In this document: positions 36,401-48,400 of the stretch, one piece after another
Numbering within the stretch: the stretch's first letter is position 1
Layout of the letters: the number at the start of each line of letters is the position of its first letter
DNA from: Alphaproteobacteria bacterium
GTDB lineage: Bacteria; Pseudomonadota; Alphaproteobacteria; UBA828
Assembly: GCA_965220745.1 (NCBI GenBank)
Contig: CBDCQT010000006.1
Location: 1-64,000, forward strand
Direction: 5' to 3'
DNA length: 64,000 bases
Translations under genes and position numbers: made by a program
Notes under the pieces: generated by a model
Databases searched by the model: none
What the model was told of the DNA's origin: nothing
What the model saw: the letters and a program-made list of their open reading frames with translations, nothing else

Positions 36401-39400
36401 CCAAGCTGGCCGAAGCAGAGGGCACGTGGCTGCCGATCGGCTGGGACCGCTTCGTCTTGCACGGTGCGCTGCCGGATCGCGTCTTCTGCCGGGCACTCGA
36501 CCGCAGCGAGGGCGCGGGGACGCTCAGGGCCGATCTCTGGCTCTACACGGACACGGGCGAGGAACTGGCCCGCATCGAGGGCTTCGCGCTCAAACGCGTG
36601 AGCCAGAGCACCCTGCCGGGTGGGCGGGTCGAGGAGGCTCTCCACGAGGTGGTGTGGCGCGAAGGGGCGGCGGTGGGACTTTGGGAGGCAGACTTCCTCG
36701 CCGGGCCACGGGAGATCGAATCCGGCCTGGGAACGCTGGACGGATACCTTGAGGCGGAGGGCCGCGACGGGGCGTCGCTCGCAGCCCTGGGGCGGGAGCT
36801 GGAGCTTGAATCCCGTCGGGCGCTGCTGCGCGGATTCCGGGAGCTGGGGTGGGCGCCTAGCGCGGGGGACCGTTTCGAGACGGACCAGCTGCGCCGCCAG
36901 CTCAGGGTGACGGAGGATCACGGGCGGCTGTTCGGCCGCTTGCTGTCGGTACTGGAGGAGATGGGGCTCCTCGCCCGGGAGCCGGCTGGCGGCTGGCATG
37001 TTGCAACCGTGCCGGAAGCACCCCCAGAGCCCGAGGCGGCGCCGACCGACTCCGCAGCCGATTCCATCGAGCTGGGCCTGCTCCGCCGCTGCGGGGAGTC
37101 GCTCGCCGACGTGCTCCGCGGCCGCGCTGATGCGCTGGACCTGCTCTTCGGCGGAGAACCGGGAGCGGCGAGCCTGTACCGCGAGTCGGCCTCCGTGCGG
37201 GCGGTGAACCGCATGGCCGCCGACGGCTTGCGCGCGGCGGTCGCCGGGCTGCCCGAAGGCCGGCCGCTACGGGTGATCGAGGTCGGCGCGGGGACGGGCG
37301 CTACCACCGCCGCCCTCTTGGACGTCCTACCAACCGACCGGACCGAATACACCTTCACCGACATCTCGACCGGCTTCTTCGCGGACGCAAAGCGGGAATT
37401 CGGCGAGCGGGGCGCGGGCCTCCGATTGCGGGCGCTCGACATCGAACAGGATCCGGCGGATCAGGGGTTCGCTCCCCACGGCTACGACCTCGTGATCGCC
37501 GCGAACGTCTTGCACGCGACCCGAGACCTAGGTGAGACGCTCGCTCACTGCCGGCGCCTCCTGGCCCCGTCGGGCGTGCTGTTGGCCGTCGAGGAAACCA
37601 CTCGCAAGGAGTGGCTGGACCTAACCTTCGGACTGCTGCCCGGCTGGTGGCGCTTCCAAGACGCGTATCGCTCCGACTACACGCTGGTCGGGCCGCCCGT
37701 CTGGGAGCAGGCACTCGCGGACGCGGGATTTGCGGAAACGGCCCTGATCGAGGATCCAGCAGGAGCACTCCTGATCTTGGCGCGGGGGCCGTCGGAGGTG
37801 GAGACCGAAGGCGGGCTGTTCGTGCTGGCCGGAGAAGGCAAGCTGGGCACCGAGCTGGCGGCGGAGCTAGATCGCCGGGGCAGCCGAGCGATCCAGGGAC
37901 CTGCAGAGGCCGGCCGCAAGGCATGGCGCGGGTTCTTCGAGTCATTGCCCGGTGTACTTCCGCTGCGGGGAGTCGTTTATTTGGGCGGGGTGCGACGAGA
38001 CGGGCAGGGGCTGTCCGCGAGCGAGCTGCAGGCAGATCTGGAGGCGGCGGATGCGGGCGCGCTGGCGCTAGTCCAAGGGATGTCGGACGCTGGCGTGTCG
38101 CCGGTCAGCGGCACTTGGTTCGTGACCCGGGGCGGCCAAGTGATCGAGCGGGAGCGCTGCGGCGCACTCGTGGGGGCCTCGTTGTGGGGCTTCGCGAGCG
38201 TGGTGGACCTAGAGCACGGGGATCTGATGCCGCGCCTGCTGGACTTGGATCCCGAATCTCCTCCATCTGCTGGCACGGTTGCCGACGAAGTGCTCTTCCC
38301 TGACCGCGAAACACGCATCGCCCGCCGGGGCGGGCACCGCTTGGTGGCCCGGCTGACACGCCTCGCCGGGCGGGCGGGGGATTCGGCGGATCCCGGCCCG
38401 GGCGAGGCCCGGCTGCGCGGGGACCGCAGCTATCTGATCACGGGAGGGCTCGGGGGGCTCGGGCTGGAGGTGGCGCGCTGGCTCGCCGGGGCGGGAGCCG
38501 GGGCCATCGTGCTGAACGGACGCCGACCACCCGATGCGGAAGCCGAGGCGCTGATCGTCGAGCTCCGGGGGGGCAGCGCCGCGGTGCGCGTCGAGATCGC
38601 CGACGTGACCGACGGGGAGGCGCTGGCGGGTATGCTCGCACGGATCGACGCCGAGCTGCCGCCGCTGGCAGGCGTGATCCACAGCGTGGGCGCGCTCGCC
38701 GACGCGGCCTTGACGAACCAAGACTGGGAGCGCTTCGAGCAGGTGCTCGGGCCCAAGGCGCTGGGGGCCTGGCGGCTGCACCGGGCGACGCTCGACCGGC
38801 AGCTCGACCTGTTCGTTCTCTTCTCTAGCGTGGCGGGCGTTGTCGGGAGTCCGGGCCAGGCCAACCACGCGGCGGCCAACGCCTTCCTAGACCAGCTGGC
38901 GCGGCACCGGAGGGCGCTGGGCCTGCCGGGTCAGGCCATTGCATGGGGAGCGTGGTCGGGCATTGGCGAGGCCGAGGAGCAGCGCGAGCGCATCGCGTCA
39001 CGGCTCGCCAGATCGGGCGAGCGGTGGATGTCTCCCGAGCAGGGCATCGGTGCCTTGGCGCGGCTCGTGCGCGAGGACGTCGGAACCAGCGTGGCGGCGT
39101 TCGTCGACTGGTCGGCGCTCCCGGTCAGCGCACCTTGGCTGGCAGAGGTGCTGGAACGAGAGGAGGATCGCGCCATCGCCGATACAGAAGACTGGCAGCC
39201 GGGTCGGGCCGACGGCGAACTCTTGGGACACCTCCGCGGACTCGCCCATGGGAAGCGCCGGGAAGAACTGGTCCGGTTCCTCGGCGGACAGCTGGTCCAG
39301 ATCCTGCGCCTGCGCTCCGCGCCGCCGTCCGCGGCTGGATTCTTCGAGCTGGGCATGGACTCGCTGATGGCGGTCGAGCTTCGCAACCGCCTGAACCGGG

Positions 39401-42400
39401 CCTTCCGCGGTGCATTTGTCGTCTCCAACACCGCGGTCTTCGACCATCCCGATATCGCCCGCCTGGCGGAGCACCTTGCCGGCAAGATCGTTGGCGTGGC
39501 CCCAGAGGTGCCGCAGGTGCCAGGTTTGCCCGCTGTCCGGCGCTGGGACGACGACCGCATCGCGATCGTCGGCATGGCCTGCCGCTTCCCCGGAGCCGAG
39601 GATGCCGAGGCGTTCTGGGCGCAGCTTCGCTCCGGGGCCTATCTGGTGACGAGGGGGCGTCCGGACGGGCTCTTCGTGGATGCCGAGACAGAAGCGGCGC
39701 GCCCCTTCGGTGCGTATGTGGAAGGCCTCGACCGCTTCGACGCCGGCTTTTTCCGGATTGCCCCGGTCGAGGCCGAACTCCTCGACCCCCAGCAGCGGAT
39801 GCTGCTCGAGACAAGCTGGGCGGCCCTCGAGAACGCCGGGATCGCCCCGGACGAACTGCGCGGCAGCCGGTCCGGGGTGTACGGCGGGATATCGATGAAC
39901 GATTACCAGACGCTGGTCGCCAATCTGGGCGACGATCCGTCGAACGATATCTACAGGTCTACCGGCATCGCCGCCTCGACGGCGATCGGCCGGATCGCAT
40001 TCACGCTTGGCCTCGAGGGTCCAGCCATCAGCGTCGACACCGCATGTTCCTCGTCGCTGGTCGCGCTGCATCAAGCGGCAGCCGCGCTGCGCGCAGGCGA
40101 GGCGGATCTGGCGCTGGCAGGAGGCGTGAACGCGATCTTGACCTCAACCGCCACACGGATCTTCACCGACGCAGGCATGCTCGCCGCCGATGGACGCTGC
40201 AAGACCTTTGACGCGGCAGCAGACGGATTCGTACGGGGCGAGGGATGCGGGATGGTTGTGCTCAAGCGCCTTGCGGACGCGGAGGCGGCAGGGGACCGGA
40301 TCCTCGCGGTTGTGATCGGATCGGCCGTGAACCAAGACGGCGCCAGCGCCGGCCTGACCGTGCCGAACGGCCCGGCCCAAGAGCGCGTGATCGAAGAGGC
40401 GCTCGCACGGGCGGGCGTCGAGGCCTCGTCGGTCGACTACTTGGAGGCGCACGGCACGGGCACCGAGCTGGGCGATCCGGTCGAGGTGGAGGCGGCGGCT
40501 GCGGTGTACGGCCGCGGCCGGAGCGCGGACCGCCCGCTGCTGATCGGGTCGGTGAAGACGAACGTAGGCCACCTCGAGGCGGCGGCGGGCGTGGCCGGGC
40601 TGATCAAGGCGGTGCTCGCGATCCGTTCCGGGGTGATTCCGCGCCACCTGCACTTCGAACGTCCGAACCCGCGGATGGACTGGGAGCAGCTCCCCGTCCG
40701 GGTGACATTGGAGGCGACGCCTTGGCCGGAGGCGGAGCGGCCGCGGCGGGCCGCCGTCAGTTCCTTCGGGATCTCGGGCACCAACGCTCACGTCGTGATT
40801 GAGGGATACGCGGAGGAGCGCGAGCCGCCGCGCATCGAGCTGCCCGCACTGCCGGAGGCGGGTGCGGATGACCGCGTCCCGCAGGCCAACGCGCCCCGCC
40901 TGCACCGCTTGCTCCCGCTGTCGGCGAAGACCGAGGACGCGCTCCGACAGCTAGCCAGCCGGTACCGGGCCACGCTTTCGGACGACACACCGCTCGCTGA
41001 CATCGCATGGACGGCGAGCGCGGGCCGGAGCCATTTCCGCTTTCGCTCCGGTCTCGTGTTCAGCGATCGCGCCTCGCTGCAGGAGCAGTTGGAGGTAATA
41101 AGCCAAGGAGTCGTGGCGTCGCCGACGACAGGAACGGTCGCGTTCCTTTACACCGGGCAGGGGAGCCAGTGGGCGGGCATGGGCCGGGAGCTCTATGAGG
41201 CCGAGCCGGTCTTCCGGGCGGTCTTGGACCGGTGCGAGGAAGCGTTCCGCGCAGAGCGCGGCCGGGCGCTTCTCCCGGTGATCTTCGACGATGCCGGGCG
41301 GCTGGACCGGACCGAGTGGACCCAGCCGGCGCTGTACGCGCTGGAGAGCGGGCTGACCGCGCTGTGGGCAAGCGTGGGGGTGCGGCCCGACATCGTGTTC
41401 GGGCACAGCGTGGGAGAGATCGCGGCCGCCGCGGCCGCCGGCGCCTTTGATCTCGAGACCGGGATGCGGTTCGCCACGCGCCGGGGCGCGCTGATGGGTT
41501 CGCTCTCGGTGGCAGGCGCGATGGCGGCGGTGTTCGCTTCGGCGGAGCGGGTCGCTGCCAGCCTTGACGGTGCGGTGTGTCTGGCGGCCGATAACGGCAC
41601 GCACCAGGTCGTGAGCGGGCCGGCGGCCGATATCGAAACGCTGCTGAAGAGGTTCGAAGAGGACGGTCTGCGCGTGGAGCGCCTGCGGACCAGCCAGGCC
41701 TTCCACAGCGCGCTGATGGATCCGGTGCTGGCGGAGCTGGAAGCGGCGGCGCCCGCGGCCTCGGCACCGTCGGTGCGACTGGTGAGCGATGTGAGCGGGC
41801 AGGTGCTGGAAGGGGCTCCCGAGGGAGCGTACTGGCGGCGCCAGGCGCGCGAGCCGGTCCAGTTCGCGACGGCGCTGCGGACGCTGGCAGAGTTGCAGGC
41901 GGGGCTGCTGCTGGAAATCGGGCCGCATGGCGTGCTGGGCCCGATGGCGGCGCTGGGCTGGCCGCACGGGGAGGCGCCCACGGTGATCCCGAGCCAGCGG
42001 CGCGGGGGGAACGGGGACTTCGTCGAGGCGGTGGCGGGCGCGTACGAGGCGGGTCTGGAGATTGACTTCGAGGGCCTGTTTGCCGGAGAGCGGCGGCGGC
42101 GGGTCGCGCTGCCGGCCTATCCGTTCCAGCGCGAGCGCTACTGGATCTCCGCCTCTGACCGCCGTCGGGCAGAGGCGGGGCACGCGCTGCTCGGGGTGCG
42201 GCGGGATTCCCCGGATGGCGAGCATTCCTTCGAGCGGCAGCTGGACAGCCGGGATCCGGCTTGGCTGGCAGACCACCGGGTGTTCGGGAAGGTCGTGGCG
42301 CCGGGAGCGCTGTATGCGGCGCAGGTGGTTGAGGCGCTTCGCGAAACGCACCCTGGAGTCGGGGTCGTGCTCGAGGAGAGCGCGATCACGCGCCCGCTGG

Positions 42401-45400
42401 TGCTGGCGGGCGAGGAGGGCCGGCTGGTTCAGGTGGTGCTGGGCGAGCACGGGGGCTGGAAGGTCGTTAGCAGGGCTGCTGCCGGGCCATGGGAGACGCA
42501 TGCCGAAGGCCGCTGGGCACCGCTCGAAGCAGCCGCATCCGAGTCGGCAGACCTCGGCGCTATGAAATCTGGCCGTGCGCAGGCGGACATGGATGGGGGG
42601 GATCTTGAGCTGGGCCTAGGTGCCACCGGAATCGAATACGGGCCGGCGTTCGGCGGACTGGCCCGGCTGTGGTCGGGCTCGGGCGAGGTGCTGGGCGAGG
42701 TGCTGCTGCCGCCGGGAATGGAAAAGCAGGGGCTGCTCGTGCATCCGGCACTGCTCGACGCCTGTTTCCAAGTGCTGGGGGGGATCCCGGAACTGGACGG
42801 AGCCGGAGGCACATGGCTGCCGATCGGCTGGAGCCGTTTCGCCCTGCGCGAAGCCCTGCCGGATCGCGTCTTCTGCCGGGCAGTCGACCGGGGCGAGGTC
42901 AGCCAGACGCGCAAGGCCGATTTCTGGCTCTACACCGATAGGGGCGAGGAGCTGGCGCACATCGAGGGCTTCGCGCTCAGACGCGCGAGCCGGACGGCCC
43001 TGTCGGGCGGCCGGGTAGAGGAGGCGCTGCACGAGGTGGTGTGGCGCGAAGGGGCCTCAGTGGGACTGCGGCAGGCGGACTTCTTGGCAGCGCCGCAGCA
43101 GATCGAATCCGGCTTGGCAGCGCCGGACCGATACCTAGAGGCACAGGGCCGAGACAGGGCCTCACTGACCGAGCTGGGGCGCGAGCTGGAGCGCGAGGCA
43201 CGCCGGCTGCTGCTGCGCGGATTCCGGCACCTCGGATGGGAGCCCGTGCCGGGAGACCGTTTCGAGACGGACGAGTTGCGCCGACGCCTGAGGGTGACCG
43301 GGGATCACGGGCGGCTCTTCGTCCGGTTGCTGTCGGTGCTGGAGGATATGGATCTCCTCGATCGGGAGCCGGCTGGCGGCTGGCGCGTGGCAATCGCTCC
43401 GGAAGCGCTGGCGGAGCCCGAGGTGGGACCGGCCGGCCCCCAAGCCGAATCCCCCGAGCTGGACGTGCTCCGGCGCTGCGGGGATTCGCTCGCCGATGTG
43501 CTCCGCGGCCGCGCCGATGCCGTGGACCTGCTCTTCGGCGGCGAGCCGGGAGCGGCGAGCCTGTACCGCGAGTCGGTCCTAGCGCGGGCAGTGAACCAAA
43601 TGGTCGCCGATGCCGTGCGCACAGCGGTCGCCGGGCTGCCGGAAGACCGGCCGCTGCGGGTGATCGAGGTCGGCGCGGGGACCGGCGCGACCACCGCCGC
43701 CCTCTTGGACGTCCTGCCGGCCGACCGGACTGAATACACCTTCACCGATATCTCGACCGGATTCTTCCCCGATGCGGAGCGGGAGTTCGGCGAGCGGGGC
43801 GCCGACCTTCGCTTCCTGGCGCTCGACATCGAACGGGACCCGGCGGATCAGGGCTTCGCGCTCCACGGCTACGACCTCGTGATCGCCGCGAACGTCCTGC
43901 ACGCTACCCGCGACCTAGGTCAGACGCTCGCAAACTGCCGACGCCTCCTAGCCCCGTCGGGCGTGCTGGCGGCCGTCGAGGAGACTGCCCGCAAGGAGTG
44001 GCTGGACCTGACCTTCGGACTGCTATCCGGCTGGTGGCGCTTCCAAGACGCGTATCGGTCCGACTACGCGCTGGTCGGACCCTCCGTCTGGCGGCAGGCT
44101 CTCGCGGACGCCGGATTTGTCGGGCCCTCGTTGGTCGAGGATCCCTCCGGGGCGCTGCTGATCCTGGCGCGGGGGCCGTCGGAGGTGGGGGCCGAAGGCG
44201 GGCTGTTCGTGCTGGCCGGGGAGAGCGAGCTGGGTGCCGAGCTAGCGGCGGAGCTGGATCGCCGGGGCAGCCGGGCTGTCAAAGGCCCCGCGGGGGGCGA
44301 CCGGCAGCAGTGGCGCCGTTTCTTCGAGTCATTGCCGGGTGCGCTGCCCCTGCGCGGCGTGGCGTATCTGGGCGGGCTCCGGCCAGATGGTGCCGGGCTT
44401 TCGACCCAGGAGCTGGAAGTGGAGCTGGAGGCGGTGAATGCGGGCGCGCTGGCGCTGGTCCAAGGGATGTCGGACGCGGGCGTGTCGCCGATGAACGGCA
44501 CTTGGTTCGTGACCCGGGGCGGCCAGGTGATCGAGCGGGAGCGCTGCGGCGCGCTCGCGGGTGCCTCGCTGTGGGGCTTGGCCAGCGTGGTGGACTTGGA
44601 GTACGGGGATCTAACGCCGCGCCTGCTGGATCTGGATCCCGAGTCTCCGCCGTCCGCCGGCACGCTTGCGGAGGAGCTGCTCTTCCCCGACCGCGAGACG
44701 CGCGTCGCCCTGCGAGGCGGGGCGCGACTGGTCGCCCGGCTGACGCGCCTGGCCGACTGGCCGAAGGGTCCGGTGGAATCCGGCCCGGGCGAGGCGCGGC
44801 TGCGCGGGGACCGCAGCTATCTGATCACGGGAGGGCTCGGCGGGCTCGGGCTGGAGGTGGCGCGCTGGCTGGCCGGGGCGGGCGCCGGGGCCATCGTGCT
44901 GAACGGACGCCGCCCGCCCGACACGGAGACCGAGGCTCTGATCGCGGACCTCCGACAGGGCAGCGCCGAGGTGCGCGTCGAGATCGCCGACGTCACGGAC
45001 GAGGAGGCGGTGGCGGGGATGCTCGGGCGCATCGACGCCGAACTACCGCCGCTTGCAGGCGTGATCCACAGCGTGGGTACGCTCGCCGACGCGGCCCTGA
45101 CGAACCAGGACTGGGAGCAGTTCGAGCGGGTGCTCGGGCCCAAGGTGCTGGGTGCTTGGCGGCTGCACCGGGCAACGCTCGACCGGCAGCTCGACCTGTT
45201 CGTCCTCTTCTCCAGCCTGAAGGGCGTTGTCGGCAGTCCGGGCCAAGCCAACCACGCAGCAGCCAACGCCTTCCTCGACCAACTGGCGCGCCACCGGAGG
45301 GCGCTGGGCCTGCCGGGCCAGGCCATTGCCTGGGGGGCCTGGTCGGACATCGGCGAGGCCGAGGAGCAGCGCGAGCGCATCGCGTCCCGGCTGGCCACCT

Positions 45401-48400
45401 CGGGCGACGAGTGGATGGCGCCCGAGCAGGGCATCCGTGCTTTGGCGTGGCTCGTGCGCGAGGATGTCGGGACCAGCGTGGCGGCGTTCGTCGACTGGTC
45501 GACGCTTCCTTTGCGAGCACCTTGGATCGCGGAGGTGATGGGAATTGAGGAGGAGGTTTCCTCCGCAGGTCCGGAGCAGCATCTGGATGGGCAGTTTGCG
45601 GACAAACTCCTGGGCCGGCTACGGGAACTCGACTCCGAGGAACGCCGGGATGAATTGATCCAATTCCTCAAGGAACAGCTGGTCGAGATCCTGCGCCTGC
45701 GCTCCGCTCCGTCTCCCTCGGCGGGATTCTTCGAGCTGGGCATGGACTCGCTGATGGCGGTCGAGCTTCGCAACCGCCTGAACCAGGCCTTCCGCGGCGC
45801 GCTCGTCGTCTCCAACACCGCGGTGTTCGATCATCCCGACATCGCGCGCCTAGCCGAACACCTTACCAGCAAGATTGGCGGCGCGTCATCGGAGGTGCCG
45901 CGGGCGCGCGCCTTGCCCGCCGTCCGGGGCCTGGGCGACGAACGCATCGCGATCGTGGGCATGGCCTGCCGCTTCCCCGGGGCGGAGGACGCTGAGGCGT
46001 TCTGGGCGCAGCTTCGCTCCGGCACCGACCTGGTGACGAGGGGGCGCCCGGACGGGCTCTTCGTGGATGCGGAAACGGAGGCGGCGCGCCCCTTCGGCGC
46101 CTATGTGGAGGGCCTCGACCGCTTCGACGCGGGCTTTTTCCGAATCTCCCCGGTCGAGGCAGAGCTGCTGGATCCCCAGCAGCGGATGCTGCTCGAGACC
46201 AGCTGGGCGGCGCTGGAGGACGCCGGGATCGCCCCGGACGGGCTGCGTGGCAGCCGGACCGGGGTGTACGGAGGGGTCTGGATGATCGATTACCAGACCC
46301 TCCTCGCCGGGACGGATGGCGCTCCGGGGACGGACATTTACAGGGCCACTGGCGCCACGCCGTCGGCTGCGGTCGGACGGGTCGCCTTCGCGCTCGGCCT
46401 CGAGGGTCCGGCCATCACGGTGGACACGGCGTGTTCCTCGTCGCTGGTGGCGCTGCACCAAGCGGCAGCGGCGCTCCGTGCCGGCGAGGCGGACTTGGCG
46501 CTGGCGGGAGGCGCGAACGCGATCTTGAGGGCGGGGCCCACCAAGCTCATGACCGACGCCGGCATGCTCGCAGCGGATGGACGCTGCAAGACGTTCGACT
46601 CCGCGGCCGACGGCTTCGTACGGGGCGAGGGATGCGGGATGGTTGTGCTCAAGCGGCTTGCGGACGCGGAGGCGGCGGGAGACCGAATCTTGGCGGTTGT
46701 GCTCGGATCGGCGGTGAACCAAGACGGCGCGAGCGCCGGCTTCACCGTTCCGAACGGCCCGGCCCAGGAGCGGGTGATCGAAGAGGCGCTTGCGCGAACG
46801 GGCGTGGAGGCCGCCTCGGTGGACTACCTAGAGGCGCACGGCACGGGCACCGAGCTGGGCGATCCGGTCGAGGTGGCGGCGGCGGCGGCGGTGTACGGCC
46901 GGGGCCGGAGCCCGGACCGCCCGCTGCTGATCGGATCGGTGAAGACGAATGTGGGCCACTTGGAGGCGGCGGCGGGCGTGGCCGGGCTGATCAAGACGGT
47001 GCTCGCGATCCGTTCCGGGGTGATTCCGCGCCACCTGCACTTCGAGCGGCCCAACCCGCGGATGGACTGGGAGACCCTTCCGGTGCGGGTGACATCGGAG
47101 GAGACCCCTTGGCCCGAGGCGGACAGGCCGCGGCGGGCCGCCGTGAGCTCCTTCGGGGCTTCGGGCACGAACGCCCATGTCGTGATCGGGGGGTATACGG
47201 AAGAGCGCACGCTGTCGCACGTCGAGATCGCTACGCCGGCGTCCCTTGCTCCGAATGCCCCTGTGTTCCGTACCGTCGCCCCTCGACACCACCGCGTGCT
47301 CCCGCTCTCGGGGAAGTCCGAGGGCGCGCTCCGGCAGCTGGCCGGCCGGTACGAGGCCGCTCTCTCGGCGGGCACGGGGAATATCGAGCTCGCCGACATG
47401 GCTTGGACGGCGGGCATGGGCCGGAGCCACTTCCGGTATCGCTCCGGCCTAGTGTTCAGTGATCGCGCCTCCTTGGAGGAGCAGCTGGAAGTGGTGAGGC
47501 AGGGTGCCGTGGCACCGTCGCCCGCTGGCAAGATCGCCTTCCTCTACACCGGCCAAGGGAGCCAGTGGGCGGGCATGGGCCGGGACCTCTATGAGACCGA
47601 GCCGGTCTTCCGGGCAGTTCTGGACCGGTGCGAGGAGGTCTTCCGAGCAGAGCGCGGCAGATCGCTTCTAACAGTGATCTTCGAAGATGCCGGGCGGCTG
47701 GACTGCACCGAGTGGACGCAGCCTGCGCTCTACGCGCTGGAGACCGGGCTGACTGCGTTGTGGGCCAGCGTGGGGGTGCGGCCCGACATCGTTTTCGGGC
47801 ACAGCGTGGGAGAAGTCGCGGCGGCTTCGGCCGCCGGTGCCTTCGACCTCGAGACCGGGATGCGGTTCGCCACGCGCCGGGGCGCGCTGATGGGTTCGCT
47901 TCCCGATGGAGGTGCGATGGCGGCAGTGTTCGCCTCGCGCGACCGCGTCACAGCCGCGCTGGAAGGTGCGGTGTCGCTGGCAGCGGACAACGGCGCGCAC
48001 CAAGTCGTGAGCGGGCCGGCGGCCGATATCGAGGCGCTCCTGAAGCGCTTCGAAGAGGACGGACTGCGAGTGGAGCGTCTGCGGACCAGCCACGCCTTCC
48101 ACAGCGAACTGATGGAGCCGGTGCTGGCGGAACTGGAAGCAACGGCCCCCAGTGCCTCGGCACCGTCGGTGCGGTTAGTGAGCAATCTGAGCGGGAGGAC
48201 GCTGGAAGGCGTCCCCGACGGAGCCTACTGGCGGCGGCAGGCGCGCGAGCCGGTCCAGTTCGCGACGGCGGTGGGGACGCTGGCGGAACTGGAGGCAGGG
48301 CTTTTGCTGGAGATCGGGCCCCATGGCGTGCTGGGACCGATGGCGGCGCTCGCCTGGCCGCACGCCGAGGTGCCTGCCGTGATCCCGAGCCAGCGGCGCG

